DNA of 64,000 nt, filler included, from 10 parts of 10 records of this genome joined end to end with filler, not necessarily neighbours in it, one strand, 5' to 3'; positions 36,841-48,376 are shown, counted from the first letter of the whole stretch. The notes: generated by a model not told the origin, from the sequence alone. Made by a program: numbers and translations.

Positions 36841-38238
36841 CAAATAAATCCCCTCAACGCCGATTTTGTTATAAAAACGTAAATCGAAAACCATCGAATC
36901 CAGATTAGGGAATGGATTATAATAATGAGTAAAATCTGTTATGTAGTGCCAGACATACAGGTGGTCTGTTAAATCAGACCATGACAAAGCTCTGCGTTTG
37001 TAACTGGCATTGTGTGGACAAGTTTCTACCGGATGGCTATCACATGATGGATACATATGACATAACCAGACTGCAACATTCGGATGCATTTCAAGACCAA
37101 CTGGAGGTTCTTCAGTATATGTATAGGCAAGAGTTCCGATATATTTATCAGGATAGACTTTGGAAGTACGTTTGGCCAGCTCATTTACAAACCAGAACTG
37201 TGTTCCACCAGTAGTTTGATACTTCTCGTTCATCGCCTTACATTTATCGCACTCACAATAATTGTAGTAATCCATTTGCGAGAAATTATGCTGGCGCATA
37301 TGAGGTTTATCTTCCATGCGTTTGAGCATTTTTTCCGTAACGATATCAAGGACATCGGGATTAGTCAGGCAAAGTTGGGTATCTTCTTTTATACGTTTTC
37401 CGCCAATTTCCGAAAAATACTCAGGATGTTCATCGAAATATTCACTAGGTCTTACGTATGTAAAATACGAATGGCATTTTCCATCGAAAGTGAACATTGA
37501 CCCATACGGATCATCGCCTTGTACATTTCCGTTGTTTTCAGTCATATGTGCTGTAAATTGAGAATCTCGCCCCGGCCAATTGTATGAAGTATCACGCCAC
37601 AAGAAAGCAGGCTTAACAACTCCGTCGCTCTCTGGCACTTCAACTTCTGAAAGCTTTGGAATATTTGTAACTCCGGGAGCATACCATCTGACACCGGCAG
37701 CGTTTTCCAGAAATCTGTGAACACCATACATGGTTCCAGCATTCGGAGTGCCGGCAATAACAAAATGTGGATCATCTGTTTTTATGTAGTAACCTTGTTC
37801 ACCCAGTTCATTGAGATCAGGTTTAACTCCTTTTGCTTCCGCTGCCGCACCCATGCCAATGATAATCTGTCCACGATCCTTTGCCTTGACATCATCACAA
37901 AAATATTGAGTTTCACCGAAAATTTCTTCAAGAGTGGCTCGAAGTTCCTCTGCGGCTGTTTTTTCTGATGGACTTGCATCATCTTCGATCTGAACACAAT
38001 GAGAATCTTTCGTGATTGAAAAAGCAATTTCTATTACTTCTTCTTCCTCTATTTCCTCTTCGGATTCAATTTCTCCGGTTTCTTCCTCAAGCTCTGCTTC
38101 TACTTCAGTCTCAGTCACATCGCTTTCGGACTTATCCCCATCAACTTCTTCGTCATTGCTATCATTACAAGCAACAAAGCACAAAGTCATGACTAAAATC
38201 ATCAGTAACAATTTGTAATCATTCCAGAATTCCATCAA
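36841..38238 (-). CDS. DUF4838-like lipoprotein with an acidic linker (3' truncated)
   Basis: Lipobox FVAC, Glu-rich linker, GTMYGV..FLE..GVRWY, HPEYF, QLCLTNPDV, CECDKC and LAY..T..PP. Confidence 0.7.
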
Positions 38239-38525
38239 ATGCTCCTATATGTTGAGAATCAATTTGGCCAGACAGAACCATATCATTCCTGATAATTTTT
38301 GGAAAGTTTAGAGTGAAATTTTTCAAAACTTTTACATTTCATATAGCTTAAGCAAAAACATAAACCATTGATAATACAAGCCTTTTCCATTTTTAACTAA
38401 ATTTGGAAAGATTTTAAAATTAGCATTATCCAGCATTATTGCATATATATGATGCGTTTTAGCTTGCAAAGACAATATACATTCAGTATCATCTGGCAAA
38501 GTTTTTGATTGTGAAAGAGGCAACA

Positions 38526-39164
38526 GTGTACCAGGAATTATTTGAACAAATTGTAACTTATTTCAACGAAAACCATGCCGATGACATGGGTACGGCTCGC
38601 AAAGAGTTTTTTGAACTGACTGGCGAAATTTTCGAGGATGATTCATTTTTCGAGCAACGCATTGCAAGCTACCTTGAATGGTATGTCTTTGATCGACCCT
38701 TCAATGGTTCTGTAAAGGCTATAGATCACTACGAGGAAACAATATCTCCAGAACTCGAAGAACTTGACCGGGAATCAATCAGAGGTTTCAAGTATTCAAT
38801 TCATAGCCTGTTTCAGGTCAAGCGAATAGTTCCCAAAAAACGCATGGTTGTACTTCTTGATTTATCCGACAAAGTTAAATATCAGGTAACGGAAAGACGA
38901 AGTCTTGCCGGAATCAATAAAGGCGATATCCTCGAAACAAGACTCAATCAAAAAGGAGACAGAACCTTCTTTATGGAAGCTTTTGTCATTCACCCCCAAA
39001 AAACAGCCTCAATGCTAAAAAAACGTATGAAAATTATGCGAAAACAGGGTATAGAAGATATGACCTCGTTTTTGATTGATCTTCAACGTTGCTGGATGAA
39101 ACATCAACGATATCAACACGTTGATCCCACAAAGATATACTTGGAAGAACTGCCGGATGTATGA
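38526..39164 (+). CDS. Conserved hypothetical protein
   Basis: AGAGG RBS plus GTG start; about 212 aa; overlaps the start of the next gene. Confidence 0.7.
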   Translation: MYQELFEQIVTYFNENHADDMGTARKEFFELTGEIFEDDSFFEQRIASYLEWYVFDRPFNGSVKAIDHYEETISPELEELDRESIRGFKYSIHSLFQVKRIVPKKRMVVLLDLSDKVKYQVTERRSLAGINKGDILETRLNQKGDRTFFMEAFVIHPQKTASMLKKRMKIMRKQGIEDMTSFLIDLQRCWMKHQRYQHVDPTKIYLEELPDV

Positions 39165-40086
39165 TTTTGAAGCTTCGTATCTTTCACTAAAAGAATCAGA
39201 TTGGGACAAAAAGATTGCGGCACTGGAAGCATACGAGTCACCTTGTATCGCTTGTCCAAGAGAATGCAAAGTTGATCGCATAGAAAAGCTTGGAATCTGC
39301 AAAGCTCCAAAAACATTAAAAACATCATCTATCAATCTTCACTATGGGGAAGAACCTCCTATTACCGGTTCAGGCGGGTCGGGAACTGTTTTCCTTTCTC
39401 ATTGCAATTTGCGCTGTGCTTTTTGCCAAAACTACCCTATTTCACATCTTGGAAACGGACAAGAAACCACACCCGAAGAATTGGGTGCAAAAATGGTTGA
39501 GCTGCAAAACAGAGGCGCGCACAACATCAATTTTGTATCTCCAACTCATTATACGATTATGATTGTTCGTGCAATCAGGGAAGCTGCTAAACAAGGCTTG
39601 ACAATTCCTATAGTCTGGAACTCCAACGGCTATGAACTAGTTGAAATCGTTAAGCTTTTAGACAATGTAGTAGATGTTTATCTTCCAGATTTGAAATACA
39701 GCGTAGATGAAAATGCGATGAAAATAAGCCGTGCCAAAAACTACTGGAAAACAGCTTGTGCAGCTTTAAAAGAGATGTATCGACAGGTAGGCCCACTAAA
39801 AACAGACGACAATTATATAGCGACAAGAGGGATGCTTGTTCGTCATCTTGTGCTTCCCAATGACATGTCGGGAACCAAAAAAGTACTTGAGTTTCTGGCT
39901 CATGATATTTCCATTCGGCTTCCAATAAGCTTGATGGCTCAATACTTCCCTGCTTACAAAGCTACTGATTTGGAAGAAATCAATCGTAAAATCACCCTAG
40001 AAGAATATACAACAGCTCTCGACTGGATGTACGAACTAGGTTTTGAAGATGGTTACACACAGGAAGACGACCTGCGCTTTTGTTAA
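39157..40086 (+). CDS. Radical SAM protein, PflX-like family
   Basis: CIACPRECKVDR, GEEPPI, CNLRCAFCQN, NINFVSPTH and RHLVLP. Confidence 0.85.
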   Translation: MYDFEASYLSLKESDWDKKIAALEAYESPCIACPRECKVDRIEKLGICKAPKTLKTSSINLHYGEEPPITGSGGSGTVFLSHCNLRCAFCQNYPISHLGNGQETTPEELGAKMVELQNRGAHNINFVSPTHYTIMIVRAIREAAKQGLTIPIVWNSNGYELVEIVKLLDNVVDVYLPDLKYSVDENAMKISRAKNYWKTACAALKEMYRQVGPLKTDDNYIATRGMLVRHLVLPNDMSGTKKVLEFLAHDISIRLPISLMAQYFPAYKATDLEEINRKITLEEYTTALDWMYELGFEDGYTQEDDLRFC

Positions 40087-40223
40087 ATAGCCCATAATAG
40101 TTCTCGATAACATAAAAGTGCCTGATTTCTTAAAAATATGATAAACAAGATATGCCTTTAGTCCGAATCTATATATAGGTTTATGTTCGGCATGTTGATA
40201 GTACTTGATCGTGAAAGTTAATA

Positions 40224-42155
40224 ATGAATCTATTTAAAACAGGTAAATCTCATAAGGATAAAACAGAAAAAGCTATTTATAAGCTAAAACAGAAATATCC
40301 TGAAAAGTTCCAGACGGCAGAGGATATTTTTACAAACATTCATCCTGGTGACAGAATTTTCATCAGTACGGCTTGCGCAGAACCGCAATATCTTATTCAG
40401 CAATTAATAGAATACGTTGACTCGCATCCAAAAGCATTTGTAGATGCTCAGGTTTTGCATGTCTGGAGTCTTGGAATAGCTCCCTACACCGATAAAAAAT
40501 TCAAGAAAAACTTCCGCCTGAACTCGTTTTTCATAAGCAACATTACAAGAGAATCTGTAAATGCAGGAAATATGGACTACGCTCCTATATTCCTGCACAA
40601 ACTACCGTCAATGTTTACTCGTGGTCTTGTGCCTGTCAACGTCGCACTTATCCACACTTCATTACCAAATGAATACGGACTCGTGAGCCTTGGTGTAAGT
40701 GTTGATATATGCAAGGCAGCAATAGATGCAGCAAGTCTTGTTATCGCTCAGGTAAATCCATACATGCCAGTTACAAATGGCAACTCGTTTATTCATATTG
40801 ACGAAATCGATTACATACTTCCTCATTCTGAGCCAATCCTTGAATTCAACGCAGAAGCTCCTGATAATATCGCAGAAAAAATCGGACAACACGTATCCAA
40901 AATCGTTGAGGATGGAGATACAATTCAGGTCGGTTATGGAAGCATTCCAAACGCTCTTGTAAAACACCTTAAAGACAAAAAGCATCTTGGAATTCATACG
41001 GAGCTTTTCGGTGATGGTCTTGCAGAACTGATGAAAGCACGAGCAGTTGATAACTCAAGGAAGAACATCGATCAATATAAAACCGTTTGCGCTTTTTGCA
41101 TGGGCAAACAAGAAACATACGATTACATAGATGAAAACCCCGCAATAACTTTAATGCCGGTTGATTACACAAACAATCCGCTAAACATTGCTAAGATCGA
41201 CCGCATGACGGCAATAAACTCAGCTTTGCAAGTCGATCTTACAGGGCAATCAACAGCGGAATCACTGGGAACACAGTTTTTCAGTGGAATTGGCGGACAA
41301 GCAGATTTTGTCCGAGGTGCTTCTATGGCTCCGAACGGCAAAGTTATTATGACCTTACCATCGACTGCTAATAACAATAAAAAATCAAGAATAGTTCCCA
41401 TGCTTGATTACGGTTCAGGGGTAACTCTTACTCGTGGTGATATCCATTATGTTGTCACCGAATACGGCATTGCGTATTTACAAGGGAAAAACATTCGTGA
41501 AAGAGCTATGGCACTTATAGCAATCGCTCACCCGAAATTCAGACCGGAATTGATTGAAAAAGCGAAAGAATTGAATCTTATCTTTAAGGATCAGGCTTTT
41601 ATCCCAGGTGAACGTGGCGAATATCCGGAACATCTTGAAGCCAGAAGAACAACTCGAAGTGGACGAAATATTTTGCTTCGACCAGTAAAGATCAGTGATG
41701 AACCACTACTGAAAGACTTCTTCTATTCACTTTCCGATAAAAGCGTGTATCGCCGATTCTGCTCTGTAAGACGCGACATGCCACATGAGAGACTTCAGGC
41801 TTTTGTTGTTATCGATTACACAAAGGAAATGGTGATCCTTGCTGTAGAAGAAGGTAAAGAAAAGGAAACTGTTATTGGAGTTGGGCAATATACTTTGGAC
41901 GAAGACCTACATTCGGCGGAAGTCGCTCTAGTTGTTAGAGATGAAGATCACAATCATGGAATAGGCTCAAAAATTCTCCGATACATGACTTTCCTTGCCA
42001 AAAGACAAGGTTTGCTCGGATTTACAGCAGAGGTATTGACGGAAAACGATCCTATTTTGCACCTGTTAAACAATATGGGATTTGATATTACAAGAAGAGC
42101 TTCTCAAGGATTGTATTATCTGACACTGAATTTCAGAGATGATACAAAAACTTGA
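40224..42155 (+). CDS. Acetyl-CoA hydrolase/CoA-transferase fused to a C-terminal GNAT domain
   Basis: IQVGYGSIP, LGIHTE, SGIGGQADF and VVTEYGIA. C-terminal LRPV...FFYSLS...AEVALVV....HGIG. Confidence 0.88.
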   Translation: MNLFKTGKSHKDKTEKAIYKLKQKYPEKFQTAEDIFTNIHPGDRIFISTACAEPQYLIQQLIEYVDSHPKAFVDAQVLHVWSLGIAPYTDKKFKKNFRLNSFFISNITRESVNAGNMDYAPIFLHKLPSMFTRGLVPVNVALIHTSLPNEYGLVSLGVSVDICKAAIDAASLVIAQVNPYMPVTNGNSFIHIDEIDYILPHSEPILEFNAEAPDNIAEKIGQHVSKIVEDGDTIQVGYGSIPNALVKHLKDKKHLGIHTELFGDGLAELMKARAVDNSRKNIDQYKTVCAFCMGKQETYDYIDENPAITLMPVDYTNNPLNIAKIDRMTAINSALQVDLTGQSTAESLGTQFFSGIGGQADFVRGASMAPNGKVIMTLPSTANNNKKSRIVPMLDYGSGVTLTRGDIHYVVTEYGIAYLQGKNIRERAMALIAIAHPKFRPELIEKAKELNLIFKDQAFIPGERGEYPEHLEARRTTRSGRNILLRPVKISDEPLLKDFFYSLSDKSVYRRFCSVRRDMPHERLQAFVVIDYTKEMVILAVEEGKEKETVIGVGQYTLDEDLHSAEVALVVRDEDHNHGIGSKILRYMTFLAKRQGLLGFTAEVLTENDPILHLLNNMGFDITRRASQGLYYLTLNFRDDTKT

Positions 42156-42156
42156 G

Positions 42157-43019
42157 TTATTGCATGGCACCAGCCGCTGCACCACCAGCACCGGATGATA
42201 GCAGTGTCTTCAAATCTTCATCGCTAAACTGAATTCCACCACCAACGAAATAATCTCTCGATTCGTTGATTATATCATCCACACCACCGGCAATGAACAA
42301 GTGACGCCATAATTCGACATTGATTTGAGATTTCAAGCGAGGATAAGTTGCTCCCGAAGTCAATTCATATAAATCTGTTCTGAATTTGAGAATATCCTTA
42401 AAGAATTCCAGATCAAGACCAAAACCACCTGAATTTTCCATCAATCCAAAACGGAAAGTAGCAAAGCTTATTCGTTGAGCATACATCAAGGAAAGCTTTA
42501 AGGAATAACTTGTTATCGTTTTATCTTCACGGATAAATGCATCTTTATTCGAGTCGGTAGTTTTAGTAAGAGTCCTGTATTTTCTTGTTCTTCCTCGTGG
42601 ATCATCAACTACTGAAATCATGTAGTATTTATTTTTGCGAGGAATGAGCTTTAAAGAAACAGCCGTTTTTGCGGAAATTTGTCGTGGATAAAAATCGCTT
42701 TGAACATGAAACCATGTCTGCAATTCATCCAGTTTTTTCACATACTTTGCCGCAGATCCTGTAATGGTTTTGATATTATCTGCAACTTTTTCATCTCTGA
42801 TGAGAGTACCCACCGGCCCTTTTCCATCATCGATATCCTCAGCAACATTACCGGCATGCGTAAGAATTTTGTCCAGTTTTTGAAGATTCGTGTCCACTTT
42901 TTCGAGAACAACCTGAACCTTGTCCATAGATTGATCGACCTTGCCTCCCTGACTTGCGGCAAGAGTTTTCAAAGATTCCGTTAAAGCCTTTATTTCGCCT
43001 AAAATATCAATTACTTCCC
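42157..43019 (-). CDS. MCE/MlaD family protein, C-terminal part
   Basis: Helical repeats (DGKGPVGTLIRD) followed by a beta-rich domain ending FSDEDLKTLL, as in deltaproteobacterial MlaD proteins. Confidence 0.6.
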
Positions 43020-43119
43020 NNNNNNNNNNNNNNNNNNNNNNNNNNNNNNNNNNNNNNNNNNNNTTAATTAATTAANNNNNNNNNNNNNNNNNNNNNNNNN
43101 NNNNNNNNNNNNNNNNNNN
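43020..43119. other. Artificial contig linker
   Basis: N-run, TTAATTAATTAA, N-run. Confidence 0.98.
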
Positions 43120-43146
43120 CTCTCCATGAATGGAGAGGGGGAGAAT
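43120..43146. repeat. REP-like palindrome, copy 1 (truncated by the contig end)
   Basis: CTCTCCATGAATGGAGAGGGGGAGAAT, nearly identical to 48242-48268. Confidence 0.65.
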
Positions 43147-43190
43147 ACTTCAAAGTGATTTTTTTCTACAAAATGAGTGGGTCTATTCCA

Positions 43191-45036
43191 TCAGATCACT
43201 TGGGAATCGGTTTGCCTTTCAAATCGCTTTACCTGTTTTCGATAGTAATCGAATCGATCCGTGGCACGTTGCAAGGCTTCTCTCGAAGCCCTGATGGCCT
43301 CATCAAAAAGGCCGTTGAGGTAGCAGGCTTCGGCATAGGTATCCAATATATGGGGGGCTTGCTCTCTCTCCAATGCCAGGGTTGCCAGTTGTAAGGCTTT
43401 TTCATGGTTTTGGTATTGAGAATCCGGGCATGTGGCATGGAGCCAGGCCAGATTGTTGAGGGCATGGCTGTTGAGGGGATCCAGATGGATTGCCCGGCTG
43501 TAAAATTGAACGGAGCGATCGAATTTTTCAGTATCATAGTAATAATCGCCGGCCAGAAGCAACAGGTCGATGTTATTCGGTTTATCGTTGAGTTGCTCGG
43601 ATAAAATTTTTTCTGCAACGATTTTGTTGAGCTGATCCTTCCCATTTCCGAAATTGAAATGATACCCCGCAAAACAGAGGATCACCAGGACGGCGATATA
43701 TCCATGCACCATGCGGTCGACCTTGGTGTGATGCTTTTGAATCAGCGTCCGGTCGCTATTGCAGCGAATCAGGAACTCCACCCGTTCCTTGATGCTGAAA
43801 TGATGCCAATTGGGTTTGTCCCAGGCGCTTCGATTGAATCCGGCGATCTTGTAAAAGGTTCGGATCATAGAGGAAGCGTCGGGAAGATAATTGAACACAT
43901 GGATGTCGGCCTGTCGTTCAAAATTTCTCATGTAATATCCAAAGATATATCGGAAGTAGACCAAAAAAAGGGTAATCAGCACCAGGCTTAAAATGATGGT
44001 GACACCGATTTCCTGATCGATGCCTGAAAATGCAATCAGTTTGATCAACGGATCGGAGTAGTAGAGCAAAATCATGGGATCGAACAGAGCGTAGATGCAG
44101 GCTATGTATCCGGCAAAAAAGAAAAGATAGAAGTGAATGTGTTTTTTCTGGATGTGCCCGATTTCATGGAGAATTACGGCATCGATCTCTTCGGGCTCCA
44201 AAGAGTGCATCAGGGCGGGGGTGACCAGGATGTATCGAAATCGTCCCCAAAGTCCCATGACACCGGCGGTGATCATCGTTCCGCTAAAGAGTTCCCACCT
44301 CAAGATATCGGCATAGTCGAGGCCGGTCTTTTTGCAAAGCGCTTCCATCCGGGTCCTGACGGGACCCGGCTCCAAGGGGTGCACCCCCATATTTTTTTGA
44401 TGAGAAGCGGACCAAAGCACGCCACCGTTACCAGGAACGTGAGGATATAACAGATTTCCCCTTGAGGCGTCGCCAGAAAGCCCTTGGGTTGTTCAAATGG
44501 AACCAGCTCGATCAGGTCGGCGGTGATGGAGAGGAGAAACCAAGGGAGCAGTGCGGGCAGGGCAAAGGAAATGTTTGAAACGATATAGCTTTTTTTAGAT
44601 ACTTCTCCCGAGAAGTAGCGGCGTTGAATCTTCCAGGCATAGTTCCACACAATCACGAGGTGGAAGAGAAAAATGCTCATGAACATTAGGGCGAGCAGCG
44701 TGGGGAAGAGTTTGAAAATCGGAAGCTGTGACGGGATCAGGTGGAGCCTGAGAATGTAAAGATCCGCGGCAAAAAGGGCGATGGCGAGAACGGAGAGTCT
44801 GGAGAGTGCCTTTTCCAACTGGTGATCGAGGTTGGCCGACATGGGGAGTGGCAGGGTTGCCCGGTGTGCCATTTTTAAAAATACATTTTTGCAGATACCG
44901 GCAAACAAAAATGTTAGCCCGGCGGCAGCAAATAGGGTGTTTAATGGAGACGCCGGTAAGGTATCCCCCCTCCGGTAAACGCACTGGTGGAGTAGAGGAT
45001 CAGTGCGATGAGAAAATATATGAAGTTAGTGAACAT
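43191..45036 (-). CDS. M48 family membrane metallopeptidase with C-terminal TPR repeats (frameshifted)
   Basis: AVILHEIGH, FERQAD and HFSIKERV. TPR ALNNLAWL...ILDTYAEA. N-terminal TM segments start at MFTNFIYFLIAL. Confidence 0.82.
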
Positions 45037-45069
45037 TCGTTAAGCTCAGTTGATTTTTTTTATGGTAAA

Positions 45070-45668
45070 TTACAAAATTGTGCCTGTTTCGGCGAATGAC
45101 GAAAGAATAATCCATGTTTTAACGTCGAATTTCAGGTCCGGTGTTTGCAATAGTTCGACGGCCTCTTCCTTGGACAGCATCAGTACGGTGATCTCTTCCG
45201 ATGCTTCGTTCCATTCCAGGGTGGGTGTACCGCTGCAGTAGGCGTACACCATGCTGACCGATTCGTCGGTCATTCCGGACGATGAATATATCGGGGGACT
45301 TTTTCGGATCACCTCGATTAAATCGAGTCCTGTCTCCTCTTTCAGTTCCCGCTCGGCAGTGTCTTCCACCGTCTCCCCATGATCCATCAGTCCTGCCGGA
45401 AATCCATATTGATATCCGTCAAGAGGGACTCTGAACTCCCGAATCAGGACAAGTTTTCCGGTTTTTTGATGGTATGGAGCGATTACCACCGCGTCGGGTA
45501 ACCCGTAATGAGATGATGCATGAGCTTCGATTGGGGGGGAGTGTCAGGCGTATTCGAGCGAGAGGCAAATATCCACGATTTGGTTGTCCCGATACGATCT
45601 TTGTAAAATCTCTGATACAGATTCAAGTGGTCAAAGTGGGTGAGTTTTTTGATTTGATCGATCTCCAT
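45070..45668 (-). CDS. NUDIX hydrolase (ADP-ribose pyrophosphatase-like), frameshifted near 45500-45540
   Basis: FPAGLMDHGETVEDTAERELKEETG Nudix box and SSGMTDE. Confidence 0.85.
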
Positions 45669-46363
45669 AAAGTCAGGTCCTCTTAAAAAAAGTAGTCTTG
45701 TGATGCGCATACTCACATATTGAGTCAAAAGTCGTTTCCACTTTGCTCGATGAACATTCCAAAATAATTAAGGAATTTCTTTGGCAAGGTGTCCGCTGAG
45801 AACTGCAAAGGTGCCGTGTGACGCTCTCCATAAACATAATAATCGATGATGTTGCCTTACCTTTATAATATTCAGCGCATCCAATATAAAATCAAGGTTT
45901 TTTCTACTATCAAGAGGCGTTGGTGATAAATATCCCATTCAATTGTAAAAGTTGTTTTTCATCTCTTGCGCCAAATTAAGGTTTGATTTGAGGGAATTCA
46001 ATGTCCTGAAAGGGTGAAAAAATGGTAACCAGGTGTTCTGTTTTCGTAACAGAACCCACGCATTTAGATCGTTGTATGAATGATTATTTTTAAATTACAA
46101 GTGCTTGTGATTTTAGTATGAAATTTGCTTATCATTTTTTAATCCTTATGGATGGAAAGGGAAGATCCTTGAATTTTATGTTTTCAAGCACCGGAAAAAA
46201 TAAAATGTATCCGTTTCATTTGAAAAACGATTATATGTTAATAAAATTAATGAATATATGTAATACATGAAATAGGTGTATGTAATAAAAGAAATAGCCG
46301 TGTGTTACGTATGGTAATTTAATGTAATGATTGTTTGATATGGTGTCTTTCTTGAGTGGGGTA

Positions 46364-46379
46364 TGGCATTAAAATTGCT
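46364..46379 (+). promoter_or_regulatory. Sigma54 (-24/-12) promoter
   Basis: TGGCATTAAAATTGCT has GG-N10-GC with exact spacing, in an AT-rich region. Confidence 0.65.
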
Positions 46380-46398
46380 TAAGTCGATGATTGTTTGA

Positions 46399-46503
46399 AT
46401 GTCACATTATCGGCTGGTGATTTGCCCTGGTGGGTGTGATACTGGTTATGTGGCTGCAATGGGATGCTCATCTGTTAGTATTATGTTAGGTTTCTTGTTG
46501 TAA
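46399..46503 (+). CDS. Candidate small peptide MSHYRLVICPGGCDTGYVAAMGCSSVSIMLGFLL (possible RiPP precursor)
   Basis: 34-codon ORF just after the sigma54 motif, containing CxxGxxAxxxC. No clear RBS. Confidence 0.22.
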   Translation: MSHYRLVICPGGCDTGYVAAMGCSSVSIMLGFLL

Positions 46504-46964
46504 TAATCTGAATTTTTAATTTATTTTTTGTTTATCTGTTGTCTCATTCCGAGGGGTTTAAATCTCTTGACAATCCGGAAGGATCATCATAAACAACACA
46601 AATGAGGCAATGTTGGAAAGGATAAAAAAATCCACGTATCATTATTATTTAACGAGATCAAACGTCGATTGTGTTTCTATATAGGACATATGGAACGTCT
46701 TTGATCATTTCACAATGGAGAATTATTGTGATGGATCGGATTTTTTTACAATCAAATTTGGAAAGGGATTCATTTGAACTGAGGAACGCTATGTAACTCA
46801 AGGGGCGGAGCTATGGGTAGCGAAAATGTCAGCTGCAATAGCCAGCTCTGTTTAGACGAGTTGATCCCGGGCCATTACCATCGGCCATGCCGTGCATGAA
46901 TCTCCCCTTCCCGTTCAATTGATAACCCGTCACCGTCATAAGTTGAAGTGCGCTTTAAAAATTC

Positions 46965-48274
46965 ATGGGTAAACCTGTCATCGTTGTGGAAGGGGTGGGG
47001 AAACAGTATTTCATTCATCGCCATAAACTGGGTGTTGCGCAAACATTCGGGGAGACATTGGCTTTGCGGTTAAAGCGGTTTTGCACAAATGAAAACAGAT
47101 CCGATACTCAAGCGCGACATGATTTCTGGGCTTTGAAGGGGGTCTCGTTTGATGTGTTTGCAGGTGAAAGAATCGGAATCATTGGAAGGAACGGCGCCGG
47201 CAAGTCAACGTTGCTCAGTATTTTAAGCCGGATCACCCATCCCACAACCGGGCAAGTGGGGATCAAAGGGCGGGTGGCAAGTCTTTTGGAAGTGGGCACG
47301 GGGTTTCATCCGGAATTGACCGGGCGGGAGAACATTTTTTTAAATGGGGCGATCCTGGGTATGGCCAAAGGGGAGATTCGTAATCAGTTTGATGCCATTG
47401 TGGCCTTTGCGGAAATAGAACCGTTTGTCGACACCCCGGTCAAGCACTACTCCAGCGGCATGTATGTTCGGCTGGCATTTGCCGTAGCCATCCATTTAGA
47501 GTCGGATATTTTAATGCTGGATGAAGTCCTGGCCGTGGGAGATGCCGAGTTTCAAAGAAAATGCCTGGAAAAAATGAGCGACGTGACCTCCCAAGGTCGG
47601 ACCACCCTATTCGTCAGCCATAACATGGCTGCGGTTCAGCATCTCTGTTCCAAAACAGCGGTATTAGAGCAGGGGGCGCTGGCCTACATCGGTCCAACAG
47701 CAGAGGCGATCAAACGCTATTGTGCGCCAGTAGAAGCATCGGATGGCGTGGGGGGGATCTCAGCCGACATACGGGTCGCCCCCAAGGCGTATGCCCGACG
47801 CTTCAAGGTGCCCGCTTTGTCTCCATCGATGATTTTCGTACCCCGATTACATCGATCCATACCGGAGAGTCCTTAGTGATCCAAGTCGAGTGGGATGTTG
47901 ACTCCGCCGTGATCGACTATATTCAGATCGGCATCGACTCATCCATGCAGGTTCGGATGGCCACGGTGGCAACCCACCTCTCCACAACAAACAGACGTGA
48001 GCTCTTCGATAAAGGGCGAATTTACTGTAAGATCCCGGCAATTCCATTTGTGGAAGGGCGGTATGGGGTGACCCTTACAGCCGGGAGACTCTCCCCCCAT
48101 GAAATTGTCGACTGTGTGGTCAATGCCATGACCCTCACCATTTATGGGGGGGACTTCTATGGTGTGGGGCGTGCGGTCGCACCTGAACTGGGCATGGTGG
48201 CCCTTACATCGGAGTGGTGTGAAGAACCTCACCCCCCATCCCTCTCCATGAATGGCGAGGGGGCGAATCGTTGA
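46965..48274 (+). CDS. Wzt/TagH-like polysaccharide ABC transporter ATPase with a Wzt_C domain (frameshift near 47755)
   Basis: FWALKGVSF, GRNGAGKST, GFHPELTGREN, YSSGMYVRLAF and LDEVLAVGD; C-terminal ..EGRYGVTL.. Confidence 0.85.
48227..48268. repeat. REP-like palindrome, copy 2, inside the 3' end of the wzt-like gene
   Basis: CCTCACCCCCCATCCCTCTCCATGAATGGCGAGGGGGCGAAT. Confidence 0.65.
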
Positions 48275-48376
48275 GGTCAATTTGAAGTGGATGGCGATTG
48301 GGTTTTCACTGTCGCACTGTCGTATGGATAGAGCTGTTTTTTTACCGAATTGCATTGTGTGGTGACCGTGGATAGT

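Noticed and set aside
38494-38509. Sigma54-like TGGCAAAGTTTTTGAT
   Set aside because: The -12 element is GA rather than GC, and the implied start would exclude the RBS.
46363-46503. In-frame TGA at 46396-46398 as selenocysteine or readthrough joining MALKLLKSMIV to the small Cys ORF
   Set aside because: The upstream part coincides with the promoter motif, and no convincing SECIS was seen.
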